A stretch of DNA of 64,000 nt from Clostridia bacterium (GTDB lineage: Bacteria > Bacillota > Clostridia > UBA1212 > UBA1255): assembly GCA_017620915.1 (NCBI GenBank), contig JAFZSK010000011.1, forward strand, positions 4,647 to 68,646, given 5' to 3'. The translations under genes and the position numbers were made by a program. This document shows, piece by piece, positions 10,170 through 20,286 of the stretch. Numbering within the stretch: the first letter of the stretch is position 1; each line of letters begins with the position of its first letter. The notes under the pieces were generated by a model, which saw nothing but the letters and a program-made list of their open reading frames with translations, ran no database searches and had not been told where the DNA came from.

Positions 10170-10198
10170 ATCATACCACGCCCGGCAAAACGTGTCAA
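10170..10198 (-). promoter_or_regulatory. Sigma-A promoter of the lexA operon
   Basis: TTGACA (10198-10193), 17-nt spacer, TGn-extended TATGAT (10175-10170). Confidence 0.75.
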
Positions 10199-10214
10199 GT
10201 GAAAGATGTCATCA

Positions 10215-10243
10215 TTGAAAAAAACTCCCGGTTGTGGTATAAG
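10215..10243 (+). promoter_or_regulatory. Sigma-A promoter of the aldolase gene
   Basis: TTGAAA-17 nt-TATAAG with a TGn extension. Confidence 0.55.
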
Positions 10244-10327
10244 GAAGCGGTTGTACGTGCGGCGTCCGGATCTGTTCGCCCGCCCGCGCGAACCATTATC
10301 GCATTAACAGAAAGAACCTGATACATC

Positions 10328-11164
10328 ATGCTCACCAATCTGATCGACGTGCTTGCCAAAGCGCAACAAGGACATTACGCCGTGGGGCTGTTCAACGCCA
10401 CGGATTCGGATATGCTGGAGGCGGTCATTGGCGCCGCTGAAGAGCTGTGTTCACCGGTGATCGTCGGCACCGCGCAGGTGCTGCTCCCGTACGGAGAACT
10501 TAAATTAATTGCCCCCTCGATGATCGCCGCGGCCAAACGCGCCAGCGTGCCGGTGGTGGTGCATTTCGACCATGGATTGACCTTTGAGCGCTGCATTGAG
10601 GCGCTGAAGCTCGGGTTCACCAGCATCATGTACGACGGCTCGGCGGGCGCGGTAGCGGACAACCTGCGCGACACCGCGGAGATCGTTCGCATCTGCCACG
10701 CGTTCGGCGCCAGTGTCGAGGGCGAGATAGGGCACGTGGGACTGGCGGCCGCAGGCGACGGCGAGGTCAAAGACATGTACACCACGCCCGCAGAAGCTAT
10801 TGAATTTGCGGAGGCCACGGGCGTGGACGCGCTGGCGATTGCCATCGGCACAGCCCACGGCGTGTACAAAGCCAAACCGAAACTGGATATTGACCGCCTG
10901 AAAGAGATCCGCGCGGTGCTGGACACGCCGCTGGTGCTGCACGGCGGTTCCGGTTTGTCGGACCAGGACTTCCGCAACACCATCGAAGCAGGCATCACGA
11001 AGGTCAACATCCACACCGACCTCTGCCTCGCCGGCCTGGCGGCAATGCGCGCCGGCATCGCCGAAGGGCTCGACTACCTGGCGCTGCGGCAGCGGAAAGT
11101 TGACGCCATCAAGGCGGAGGTCAAAAAGAAACTCGAACTGTTCGGCTGCGCGGGAAAAGGCTGA
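10328..11164 (+). CDS. fba: Class II fructose/tagatose-bisphosphate aldolase
   Basis: VHFDHG, SIMYDGS, VEGEIGHVG, AIGTAHGVY, PLVLHGGSG, KVNI. Confidence 0.88.
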   Translation: MLTNLIDVLAKAQQGHYAVGLFNATDSDMLEAVIGAAEELCSPVIVGTAQVLLPYGELKLIAPSMIAAAKRASVPVVVHFDHGLTFERCIEALKLGFTSIMYDGSAGAVADNLRDTAEIVRICHAFGASVEGEIGHVGLAAAGDGEVKDMYTTPAEAIEFAEATGVDALAIAIGTAHGVYKAKPKLDIDRLKEIRAVLDTPLVLHGGSGLSDQDFRNTIEAGITKVNIHTDLCLAGLAAMRAGIAEGLDYLALRQRKVDAIKAEVKKKLELFGCAGKG

Positions 11165-11202
11165 TATTGTTAGAAAAAACGTTATATAAAGGAGTTTTGA
11201 TC

Positions 11203-12150
11203 ATGAAAAGAAAAGTAATTGCTGTTATTGCCGCCGTTATTATGCTGGCGCTGTGCGCGTGCTCGAAAGCGGGCGGCCACGAGACCGTTAAACCGGGAAC
11301 TTCTTCTGTCCCGAAAACTGCCGGACCGGACACATCCGGAAAAACTGCCGAGCCTTCGACACCTACTGAAGCCCCTGCGGATGCGCCTACTGCCGCCCCG
11401 GTGGAAGGCAGCGAAGGACTGGCGATCAAAGAATACAACGACCGGTGTATTATCACCGGAATCGGTTCCTGCATGTTGACAGATATCGTCATCCCGTCCC
11501 ACGTGAACGGCAAGCCGGTGGAAGCGATCGACGAATGCGCGTTCCAGGACAACACGACTATTACCAGCGTTTTCATCCCTGGCACCGTCCAGACGATCGA
11601 CGAAGACGCGTTCGCGGGCTGCACGAGTCTCGCTGCCGTCACGCTTTCCGATGGGCTCACAGGCATCAACGAGGGGGCGTTTTACGGCTGCACCGCGCTG
11701 AAGAGCATTACCATCCCCCAGACTGTAGCCGGAATCTCATCCTACGCGTTCCGTGGCTGCGGTCTGGAAGAAGTCACGCTGATCAGCTGCGTCGACCTGC
11801 GGAACAATGTTTTTTCCGACTGCGAAAAGCTGAGATCATTCGTCATTAAAAACGTCTACAACGGAAGCTATAAGATCATGAACAACGCCTTCGGCGGCTG
11901 CTACTCGCTGGAGGAACTGGTGCTTGCTCCCGGGCTCACCGAGATTGGGACTTGGAATTTCCCGGACGCCCCGAATCTGAAAACCGTATTTCTGCCCCGC
12001 TCCCTGAAATCGATCGGCGCGTGCACGTTCCTGCGTTCCGGCGTCGAGACCGTTTATTACGAAGGCAGCGAGGAAGAATGGAAAAATGTCGAGATCAAAG
12101 AACCGACGTTTACCCCGGAGGTCGTGTATAATTCCGTGTTCGGGGGCTAA
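11203..12150 (+). CDS. BspA-type leucine-rich repeat lipoprotein
   Basis: AAGGAG RBS before ATG 11203, lipobox LCAC, P/T-rich linker and repeated 'AF.GC..L..I.IP..V..I' units. Confidence 0.85.
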   Translation: MKRKVIAVIAAVIMLALCACSKAGGHETVKPGTSSVPKTAGPDTSGKTAEPSTPTEAPADAPTAAPVEGSEGLAIKEYNDRCIITGIGSCMLTDIVIPSHVNGKPVEAIDECAFQDNTTITSVFIPGTVQTIDEDAFAGCTSLAAVTLSDGLTGINEGAFYGCTALKSITIPQTVAGISSYAFRGCGLEEVTLISCVDLRNNVFSDCEKLRSFVIKNVYNGSYKIMNNAFGGCYSLEELVLAPGLTEIGTWNFPDAPNLKTVFLPRSLKSIGACTFLRSGVETVYYEGSEEEWKNVEIKEPTFTPEVVYNSVFGG

Positions 12151-12156
12151 GCAGCA

Positions 12157-13203
12157 TCAGTAGACTCGGGCATCAGCGTCAGAGGCCATAATAATCATTT
12201 CCGCCAGCGCAGAATCGATCAGCGAATTGCCATAAAAGGAAAAACTCACAGACCTTCCTACTTGATACAGGTCCTGCTGAACAGAAGAAAACACAAAAAC
12301 GATCTCATAGGAATACTCGGCATCAACGACCGGATCGTCTTTGTAATCGACCAGTTTGAGAGAATACGCATTCACACCGAATTCGCCCGTATCCTGAGTG
12401 CTGTCTAACAATACTTCTAATTCGCCGGCGCCGAAACTGCCCTCGTCCGGTAACGCGAGGCCCATTTTCGCGAGCACATCCGCAATCGAATCGCCGTAGC
12501 GGATCCCGAAAGGCAGCTCGAGACCTTCAAGCCCTATGTTGCTGCGCAGCCAGAGCACATTTGTGACGGCAATAATATTTGAATCAAACATTTTGCTCTG
12601 CTCCGCATGCAAAACTTGAATAAAATACTTGTCTCCCGTGTAATGCTGTTCTGTTGAAAAGTCCCCGCTCGGTTCATCAAAACTGCTCGATTCGTCGAAT
12701 CCGCCCAGTTCTTTGAGCGTTTTTCCGCCCGATCCGAACCGCACGGCAAGGTCGTCAAGGCTGTCCGGATAAACGATATTGGAAAAACCATTGTCGCACA
12801 TGAACGCGTCTATAGCATAGAGCAGTGTGCCTTCCGGCGGCGCTGTGGGTGTGTCCGTAGGCAGCGCTGTCGGCGTGTCCGTTGCCGCCGTAGTTGGGTC
12901 ATCCGTAGCCGGAATAACATTCGTTTCCGCCGACGGTTCCGGAGTTGTTCCCATACCGACCGGGGCGTGGTCATGTCGCCTGTTATTGTTATTCGAAATG
13001 ATCACCATTGCCGTTATTGCCGCGATCAACGCCACGGGTATGATAACAAGCGGCAGCAGGTTCCGGCCGCGGTTGTTGTCACCTGCGTTCCGTCCGGAGC
13101 TGTTTTTGGCAAACGACGCACCTGTTTCGGAGCGTGCCGCCAGCGCGGGATCAATATCCTCGAATGCTTCGTATAAAATGTTATTGTCCAGCCTGTCGCT
13201 CAT
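12157..13203 (-). CDS. Single-pass membrane protein, anti-sigma-factor-like
   Basis: N-terminal LYEAFEDIDPALA, one TM helix, a PT-rich linker and an extracellular domain. Overlaps the upstream regulator by 4 nt. Confidence 0.6.
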   Translation of the reverse strand: MSDRLDNNILYEAFEDIDPALAARSETGASFAKNSSGRNAGDNNRGRNLLPLVIIPVALIAAITAMVIISNNNNRRHDHAPVGMGTTPEPSAETNVIPATDDPTTAATDTPTALPTDTPTAPPEGTLLYAIDAFMCDNGFSNIVYPDSLDDLAVRFGSGGKTLKELGGFDESSSFDEPSGDFSTEQHYTGDKYFIQVLHAEQSKMFDSNIIAVTNVLWLRSNIGLEGLELPFGIRYGDSIADVLAKMGLALPDEGSFGAGELEVLLDSTQDTGEFGVNAYSLKLVDYKDDPVVDAEYSYEIVFVFSSVQQDLYQVGRSVSFSFYGNSLIDSALAEMIIMASDADARVY

Positions 13204-13652
13204 TTTACGCGCTCCTTCAGATATTTCTTCAGCTTCCGGCGGCTCCGGGTCAATACCGATCGGACGTAGTTCCCGCCTACGCCGTACCGCGCGCCGATCT
13301 CAGCCGCTGTTTCGTGGAACCGGTACCGCCGCACGAATATGTCGCAGGTCCCGTCCGGCAGCGTCCGCAGAAAGCCGTTCAGCAGATCCGCCGCTTTTCT
13401 TCGGTCGCCGATCCCGCCTTCGGGCACACAGCTCGAGAGTTCCTCCATTATCACGCTTTCTTCGCTGACAATGCTTCCGGCCGGTACGCCCAGCGCGTCG
13501 GCGATCTTTTCGACCATCCGGTAATCTGGCCGGCGTTCGCCGCTCTCCCATTTGCAAACCAGCTCCCGCGACACGAAAAGTTTTCCCGCCAGTTCCTGCT
13601 GGGTCAATCCTTTTTCTTTTCTGAATTCGGTGATCTTCGACCCGATGTCCAT
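13200..13652 (-). CDS. XRE HTH regulator fused to a sigma-70 region-4-like domain
   Basis: GLTQQELAGKLFVSRELVCKWESGERRPD (XRE), then FLRTLP..IFVRRYRFHETAAEIG..VRSVLTRSRRKLKKYL (ECF region 4). Confidence 0.75.
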   Translation of the reverse strand: MDIGSKITEFRKEKGLTQQELAGKLFVSRELVCKWESGERRPDYRMVEKIADALGVPAGSIVSEESVIMEELSSCVPEGGIGDRRKAADLLNGFLRTLPDGTCDIFVRRYRFHETAAEIGARYGVGGNYVRSVLTRSRRKLKKYLKERVK

Positions 13653-13777
13653 CCTGTTTTATCCTTTAATGAACGCTTTTTCCGAAAAAGCGGATCGCGC
13701 GGTCTGACTTTTTCCCGCCTGCGGCAATACTATTATATTTTGACTTCAGCACGCGGGCAAGGTACAAAGCGCAACAA

Positions 13778-14467
13778 TTAATCAGGCCGGACCGTAAACA
13801 CCGTGTTCTTTTCAATTATCCCGAACGCAAAACCGAGCTTCAGAAACAGCGGCATTTTATCGTACGCCTCAAAACTTGTCCGTTCCAGAAACTCGTCAAC
13901 GGTTATTTCTTCGATATATCCGTACGGATTGGCCACGGTGACCTTATCGTTCGGGATGTCAATGCCGGTGATCAGTGAATAATGCAGTGTCCATTCGTCT
14001 CCGTACTTTGCCGCCCATTCAAACGGGACGGGCACGCCTGCTGAAAGCTGATCGTATACCAGCTCGATCAGTTCCGTGTTTTTCAGATACTTGTGGATCT
14101 CTGTCGTGTACTCCGGAAACTGCTTATTCATTTCTTTGGCGAAGCTGCTGCCGGTAGACGTGACGACTTTGCCGTATTCCCGATACAGGCTTTCTTCCGT
14201 GATATCGCGGCCGCACCACGCAGAAAACATCTCAATTACAGCATAACCGCAGGACACGTCCTGCTCTATCACCGTCACTCCATTGGCAGCCACCGGCGTA
14301 TTGTACTTTTCATTGCTGTATATCGCAGAATAGTCATCCCGGATAGCGACTGTGCGGGCGTGAAGGACAATTAACGCGGCTATGACCGTGACCAGCAGCG
14401 CGCCGATCCCAGCCGCGGCCGCGATCAATAATATGCGGATTGATTTATTATTCTTATTGCTTGCCAT
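13778..14467 (-). CDS. Membrane-anchored C39-like (papain-fold) peptidase
   Basis: Q..SCG, HYSLITG and ANPYG motifs, with an N-terminal TM helix. Confidence 0.65.
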   Translation of the reverse strand: MASNKNNKSIRILLIAAAAGIGALLVTVIAALIVLHARTVAIRDDYSAIYSNEKYNTPVAANGVTVIEQDVSCGYAVIEMFSAWCGRDITEESLYREYGKVVTSTGSSFAKEMNKQFPEYTTEIHKYLKNTELIELVYDQLSAGVPVPFEWAAKYGDEWTLHYSLITGIDIPNDKVTVANPYGYIEEITVDEFLERTSFEAYDKMPLFLKLGFAFGIIEKNTVFTVRPD

Positions 14468-15371
14468 TTTTCTTCTTTATTACCAGCGCCACAACGACGG
14501 CAACGACGATCGCGGCAGCCACGCCGGCAACGATCCATATCCAGGCCTTGTTAGACGAATCGGCGGTTTTGTCCGCAGGATCGGTATTGTCCGCCGGTTT
14601 TTCAGTGGCAGCCTGCGCGGTAGGGGCAGCGTTTTCCGTTACCTTCGGCTCTTCCGTAGGCTGAGGCGCGGCGGTAGGTTCGGCGGTGGCGGTCTTCTGT
14701 TCGGAAGGAAGTCCGTCAGGGTACTCTGTGTAGACTGCTTTCGTGACCTTCATCTCCGTCCAGGCGGCCTCGATACCGATGCAGCCCTCGTGAGCTTCCG
14801 GGTCGAAGTAGTCAACAGCCGTTTCGATGCCGTTGACCTTATAAACGATCTCCTCAAATGAAGCGGCGTATTCTATCACGATATTGAGGTGTGCCGGAAC
14901 CGCGTCCAGCCCCTCGGGCAGCTCCATTTCGCTGTTTGCGACAATAAACACGCCGTCCCGGGTCTTAGGCAGCATCGTCAATCCGCCTCTCAAATACAGC
15001 CGGTTTTTTACCGCCTCATCGATCTCATCGTCTGCTTCCGGCACGCCCAGGCTGAACGAGTAATACAGCCAGCCCTCGCTCCAGACGTAATCATTGTCGA
15101 TCACAGATAAGATGTCAACGTCATACTCCATCGTGAACGACACCGAACCGTCAACGTATTTGTCCGATCTAACGAACACGGTATTGGTGGTCTGACCTGT
15201 ATAAAGTCCGTCGTCACTCACCTGGAAAGTATGGCCGTCGTACGTTATTCCCTTCCAGTTGAGGTTCGTCTCAAAACCCGCAGCTTCCGGCGCTTCTTCG
15301 GCGCTCCCGATCAGGGGCAGGAATACTATTGCCAGGCAAAGGAGAATCGCTATGAGTTTTTTCATAAACAT
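14454..15371 (-). CDS. Secreted protein with a C-terminal membrane anchor
   Basis: Signal peptide, beta-rich domain, TEEP linker, C-terminal TM and KKK tail. Confidence 0.7.
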   Translation of the reverse strand: MFMKKLIAILLCLAIVFLPLIGSAEEAPEAAGFETNLNWKGITYDGHTFQVSDDGLYTGQTTNTVFVRSDKYVDGSVSFTMEYDVDILSVIDNDYVWSEGWLYYSFSLGVPEADDEIDEAVKNRLYLRGGLTMLPKTRDGVFIVANSEMELPEGLDAVPAHLNIVIEYAASFEEIVYKVNGIETAVDYFDPEAHEGCIGIEAAWTEMKVTKAVYTEYPDGLPSEQKTATAEPTAAPQPTEEPKVTENAAPTAQAATEKPADNTDPADKTADSSNKAWIWIVAGVAAAIVVAVVVALVIKKKNGKQ

Positions 15372-15543
15372 TTACCTCCGGTTCCGCTTCATTCAGCGTC
15401 AGTATGCGTTCATTGCTTCCATGTTTTTCGAAGTCAATTATAGCAATTTTACCCGATTAGTCAAGCCGCGCGGCGCGGTTGCATTGCCGTTCCGATACAA
15501 GTATAATATATGGTGAAAATTATTGAACGAGGGGAACAGTATA

Positions 15544-18039
15544 ATGCCGAGAAAAACTTTGCTTATCCTGTTGATACTGATCACCGTTATGATACCTGCC
15601 TCATGTGCCAAAAGAACTCCCCCGCCCCCGGTCGGCGAGACCGTAACGCCGCTCCCTTTTGAAGCGGAGCAGCTCGCTCCGGCGAACGTGGCCCGGGAAG
15701 GTTTTGCCATAGCATCATCTTCAAAATACGACAAAGGCTACTCGAATCTGTACATTAACGACGGCGACCTGTCGCGCGGTTTTTCCACGCAATGGGATCA
15801 GAGCTATGACCCCGCCGCGCCGCACTATATACTGATCGATCTGGCCGGAACACAAACCGTCGAAGCTGTGAAACTGTACCCGCTCAAGGGCGACGAAGCC
15901 GGGTTTCCGGTGGATTTTGACATCCTGGTCTCGCTGGACAATGATAATTATACGAAAGTTGCCTCCGTTGATGGCGCTTCCGCAGATCAGGCCAAAAATG
16001 GCCTTGCGGTCAATTTTGATCCGGTCGAAGCCGCTTACGTTAAACTGGTGACCCGTAAGGCCGGCGTAGGTACAGGTAATAAAGGCGCATACCTCTCCCT
16101 TGCGGAATTTGAAGTAATTGCCGCCGTTACCACCGGCACGAACATGATCCTCAACCGCAGCGACATCTGGCTCTACCGTGATCCGGACACGACGCAAAAG
16201 CTGGAAATCGTGTACTACCGGGACGGGAAATCAGTTGATTCAAATAAGAAGTTGTATTATTCCTCGGAAGATCCGTCGGTTGCCTCCGTTGACGCAACCG
16301 GACTTATCACCCCCGTATCCGTCGGAGAAACGGTGGTCTACGTTTACGATGATACGAACCGGGCCGCCTGCCGCGTAACTGTAAAAGAAGAACAGAAGGA
16401 CGAATTCCGGATCAGTGCCTTCTATCATTCCACTTTCGGTTCCCCCGAAACCTACGTTAAAGGGCTGGAGATACTGAAAGGCGCCGGCGTCGAATATATC
16501 GAAGATACCCGTTTCTGCGACCGCGTCGGCAACAACATCACGATGTACATGATCTATCTGTGCAATAAACTCGGGCTCGCATACTCCGTCTGCGATCAGG
16601 AAGGCGGCGAAGGCGGCTTTCTGAAGATGAGCGATGAAAAGATCCTGTCCATCGTTGACAAATACAAAAACCGGGCAGGGCTGTACGGGCTCTACCTGTG
16701 CGATGAACCGCACGAAGAGTACACAAAGTATGCGGAAGTACACCGGCTGATCCAGGAATACGATCCGCATCTTATCCCCCACTTAAATCTGTTGCCCCCG
16801 TTCAATTTCGGCGGCACCGAAGAGTATTTCACCGAATATGCCGCAGTCGCCGGGGGCGCGCGCAGGATGCGGTTCCTGTCCTTCGATTTCTACCCGTTCC
16901 GTGTGGGCGGCACCTTCGTTGACAGCTTTTACGGATCCATCGATATGGTCCGCGAAGCCGGAGTAAAATACAACGCCGATACCGGATATTACCTGCAGAG
17001 CATGATCATCACCGGCTCGTATCCGCTGCTTTACGAGAAAGAACTGCGTTACAACGCCTCCCTCGGTGCCGCGTACGGCATGAAGAACTATAAATGGTTC
17101 GTAGCACTGACACCCATCGGCAATGAAGGCGAAAGTTTCCAGACCGGACTTGTGGGACCCGATTTTGAACCGGCGGACAATTACGACGCAATAATCGCGG
17201 CAAACCGGATGATCAAAAATCTCGGCCGTTATCTCGGTGATTTCGACGCTATCGAGGTATATCACACTAAAAAAGGAAGCGGCGTGAAGAAAGTCCCTGA
17301 TTCGTTCCTGCTAAAGTCCGAGGACAACAGCCAGGCGATATACACGCTTTACCGGGCAGGCGACGGTTCCGGCCGCCAGCACATTCTCATTACCAGCAAG
17401 AATTACAAAAAAAAGGATTCCGTAGTCCTAAAGTTTTCTCTCACAAAGGATGCGGGCGAACTCCGTATATACGACCCGCTGACCGATCAGGAATCTGCGC
17501 TCACCGCCGGTGAGAACGGGATTTTTTCGATCACGCTTGAGCCGGGAGGCTGCGCGTTGATATTGCTGCCGGAAGGAACAGACGCTTCTACGCCCTCCGA
17601 ACCGAGCGACAATCTTGCTCTGGGCAAAGCGGTATTCGTCTCCTCCTCCCGCGCTTCATTCTGGGAAAAGGGCAATATCGGTACCCACTATCTTACCGAC
17701 GGAAAACCCAACAAAGGCTACTGGATCTCCGATCGCGATGACAAAAACAGCGAGCTTCTGTTGGATCTGGGCGACGTTAATTCCGTCAGCCGGATCCTGC
17801 TTTACTGGCACTTTGATCTGGGTGACAAATTCTGCAAACAATTCACTGTTTTGGCTTCGGCGGACGGCGTGAATTATACGGAAGTTGCAAATGTGTCCAC
17901 CGCGGTCCCCGCTGCAATGGACGAACCGTGCGTCTGCACTTTCGACCCGGTCAATGCGCGCTACATCCGCATCCGGCTGCTGGACAACGGCTCCGGCAAA
18001 GGCTCCGGATTCGGCGAAATAGAGGTTTATAAATACTAA
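15544..18039 (+). CDS. Lipoprotein with discoidin (F5/8) domains, an Ig-like domain and a putative glycoside-hydrolase TIM barrel
   Basis: Lipobox PASC, F5/8-type motifs (IDLAG..FPVDFDI; NLALGK..ARYIRI..GEIEVY), SSEDPSVASVD Ig-like motif, and YLCDEP / SFDFYPF. Confidence 0.7.
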   Translation: MPRKTLLILLILITVMIPASCAKRTPPPPVGETVTPLPFEAEQLAPANVAREGFAIASSSKYDKGYSNLYINDGDLSRGFSTQWDQSYDPAAPHYILIDLAGTQTVEAVKLYPLKGDEAGFPVDFDILVSLDNDNYTKVASVDGASADQAKNGLAVNFDPVEAAYVKLVTRKAGVGTGNKGAYLSLAEFEVIAAVTTGTNMILNRSDIWLYRDPDTTQKLEIVYYRDGKSVDSNKKLYYSSEDPSVASVDATGLITPVSVGETVVYVYDDTNRAACRVTVKEEQKDEFRISAFYHSTFGSPETYVKGLEILKGAGVEYIEDTRFCDRVGNNITMYMIYLCNKLGLAYSVCDQEGGEGGFLKMSDEKILSIVDKYKNRAGLYGLYLCDEPHEEYTKYAEVHRLIQEYDPHLIPHLNLLPPFNFGGTEEYFTEYAAVAGGARRMRFLSFDFYPFRVGGTFVDSFYGSIDMVREAGVKYNADTGYYLQSMIITGSYPLLYEKELRYNASLGAAYGMKNYKWFVALTPIGNEGESFQTGLVGPDFEPADNYDAIIAANRMIKNLGRYLGDFDAIEVYHTKKGSGVKKVPDSFLLKSEDNSQAIYTLYRAGDGSGRQHILITSKNYKKKDSVVLKFSLTKDAGELRIYDPLTDQESALTAGENGIFSITLEPGGCALILLPEGTDASTPSEPSDNLALGKAVFVSSSRASFWEKGNIGTHYLTDGKPNKGYWISDRDDKNSELLLDLGDVNSVSRILLYWHFDLGDKFCKQFTVLASADGVNYTEVANVSTAVPAAMDEPCVCTFDPVNARYIRIRLLDNGSGKGSGFGEIEVYKY

Positions 18040-18061
18040 ACAATTATAAGGAGACACTGAA

Positions 18062-18880
18062 ATGAAGCCGTACATCATCGATCAGGACCTGCATATCCAT
18101 TCGCACCTTTCGTCGTGCTCATCCGATCCGGAGCAGACGCCCGCCCGCATACTTCAGTACGCGTTGAATACCGGGTTGACAACGATCTGCCTCACCGACC
18201 ATTTCTGGGATCCTGCGGTCCCGGGCGCGTCGGACTGGTACAAGGTGCAGGATCTGGACCATATAAGAGAGTCGTTGCCCCTGCCGCAGGCGGAAACCGT
18301 CCGCTTCCTGTTCGGCTGCGAAACGGATATGGACAAGAATTTTACGATCGGCGTCAGCGACAAGACGCTTGAAGAGCTGGATTTTATTATAATCCCGACG
18401 ACGCATATGCATATGCCGGGTTTTACGATCGATGCGGACGTCGGTTTTGACGCGGACGGTATAAAACGCCGCCGGGAATTATATATAAAACGGTTTGAAA
18501 AGGTGCTTTCCGCCGATCTGCCGTTTTACAAAGTCGGCATAGCGCATCTCACCTGCCCGCTCGCATGTATGCAGCCGAAAGACGGGATTCTGCAGCTGAT
18601 CGACGGTATTCCGGACGAGACCTTCCGCGAGCTGTTCTCGACGGCGGCAAAAAAGGGACTCGGCATCGAGCTGAATTTCGGTGCGTTCAAGTATTCGGGC
18701 AAAGAGAAGGAGAGCGAATACCGGCCGTTCCGCATCGCGAAAGAATGCGGCTGCAAGTTCTATTTCGGCAGCGACGCCCACCATCCGCGCGACCTCGAAC
18801 CCGCGATCCGCAATTTCCAAGAGATAATAAACACCCTGGGCCTCAGCGAAGACGAGAAGTTCCGCCCGGGCAAAGCGTAA
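18062..18880 (+). CDS. PHP-domain phosphoesterase
   Basis: DLHIHS, LTDH, IAH, IELN and GSDAH. Confidence 0.85.
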   Translation: MKPYIIDQDLHIHSHLSSCSSDPEQTPARILQYALNTGLTTICLTDHFWDPAVPGASDWYKVQDLDHIRESLPLPQAETVRFLFGCETDMDKNFTIGVSDKTLEELDFIIIPTTHMHMPGFTIDADVGFDADGIKRRRELYIKRFEKVLSADLPFYKVGIAHLTCPLACMQPKDGILQLIDGIPDETFRELFSTAAKKGLGIELNFGAFKYSGKEKESEYRPFRIAKECGCKFYFGSDAHHPRDLEPAIRNFQEIINTLGLSEDEKFRPGKA

Positions 18881-18888
18881 GATACTGA

Positions 18889-19308
18889 TCAGTCTTCCAG
18901 ATCGGAGAGCATATCATAGGCCGTGTCATACCCGGCGTTGGCCGAACGCCTCAGCCAGGCCTTGGCCTCGTCTTTGTTCTGTTCAAAATCCTTTGTGAGG
19001 AGGATCTTGGCGACATTGTACATTGCCTCCGGAATATCCTGCTCCGCGGCCTTGAGGAACCATTTATACGCCTCTTCCAGATTCGGCTCGGTCCCCCTGC
19101 CGGACCAGTACATGAAGCCTAAAGTAAACTGCGAAATGGCGTCCCCGTGCTCCGACGCCACCGTCAGATAGCGCAGCGCGCGGTCAAGATCCTGGGGTAT
19201 GTTCCAGCCGTAATAGAACTCTTTCCCGAGAAACGCGCACATTTCCGGGTCGCCCTCTTCGCATAATTCGATGCAAGCCTTAAGTTTCTCTTCCATTGTA
19301 GGTTCCAT
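18889..19308 (-). CDS. Sel1-repeat protein
   Basis: SQFTLGFMYWSGRGTEPNLEEAYKWFLKAAEQ-type repeats. Confidence 0.85.
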   Translation of the reverse strand: MEPTMEEKLKACIELCEEGDPEMCAFLGKEFYYGWNIPQDLDRALRYLTVASEHGDAISQFTLGFMYWSGRGTEPNLEEAYKWFLKAAEQDIPEAMYNVAKILLTKDFEQNKDEAKAWLRRSANAGYDTAYDMLSDLED

Positions 19309-19396
19309 AGTATTGAGTCCCCCTTATTAATATGCGTTTTTTCAACTGCTAATGTACCATATCAACTGATTAAAATCAAGCTGCTGTATAATACTC

Positions 19397-20113
19397 CTAT
19401 TCATCCGGATCCGGTTCTATATAGTTTGAGTCCCATTCGAATTTCTTTTTGCCAAACTGAATAAATTCAATATCCATTTTGTTCTTTTTATTCCTCTGCT
19501 CCGGAAACAGATCCATCCGGGAATAATACCAGTCGCGATAAACCAGCACGATCGACGAAACGTTCGACAACACGTCATCCTTTATATTCAGATCCCAGAC
19601 GCGCGGGTGTTTGTCGCTTCTCTTTTCAAGTCTGCGGTCCGCATTGAATTCGGCAATGATCGAAACATTATATTGTTCTGCCATCTTTACAAGAAATCGG
19701 GCAATTTCCGTCTGATCGAACACGTACTCGTTGTGAAAATATGAGCGTTCGCTCAAAATACGAACACTATCGACAAATATATATTTGACCGGAGTGTGCT
19801 TCCGCAAGTAACCCAATATTGTACTGAACTGTCCAAAACACATGCCGTCATCATGGATCAGGTTTACAGTCGGGTGCTGACCGGCAAATCTCATCCATTG
19901 GCTCTCTTTCGCTCTCTGTTTACCGGATGCGTAATAGCTGTAACCATAATAGTTGGTGTAGTCAAGAATGAATAAAGCTATTTCGCCATTCTCCTTATGA
20001 CTGTGCAAAAGGTCCTTGATCATGCTTTGGCAGAAAACGCTCTTCCCCATTGCCGGACGCCCCGCAACGATCGTCAGACCGCCTTCCTCAATTTCGATAT
20101 TGTCAATTCTCAT
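19397..20113 (-). CDS. Stand-alone DnaB-like C-terminal domain protein (degenerate)
   Basis: LTIVAGRPAMGKS, IFVDS, RRLEKRSDKHPRVWDL and LVYRD resemble DnaB motifs. There is no N-terminal domain. Confidence 0.7.
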   Translation of the reverse strand: MRIDNIEIEEGGLTIVAGRPAMGKSVFCQSMIKDLLHSHKENGEIALFILDYTNYYGYSYYASGKQRAKESQWMRFAGQHPTVNLIHDDGMCFGQFSTILGYLRKHTPVKYIFVDSVRILSERSYFHNEYVFDQTEIARFLVKMAEQYNVSIIAEFNADRRLEKRSDKHPRVWDLNIKDDVLSNVSSIVLVYRDWYYSRMDLFPEQRNKKNKMDIEFIQFGKKKFEWDSNYIEPDPDE

Positions 20114-20286
20114 TACAGTTCTCCTTTTGATGATCTATTAGCAGCTGTATTGCTTACCGGATTGTGCCGTTTCAATTATACGATCAGCCGCGTACCAAAT
20201 ACGGTACACAAAAAAGACCGGGTTTTTGTTATCAACCCGGCCGGCAATATTATATTAGTCTTTATACCTTGACGGAATCGGATCTG

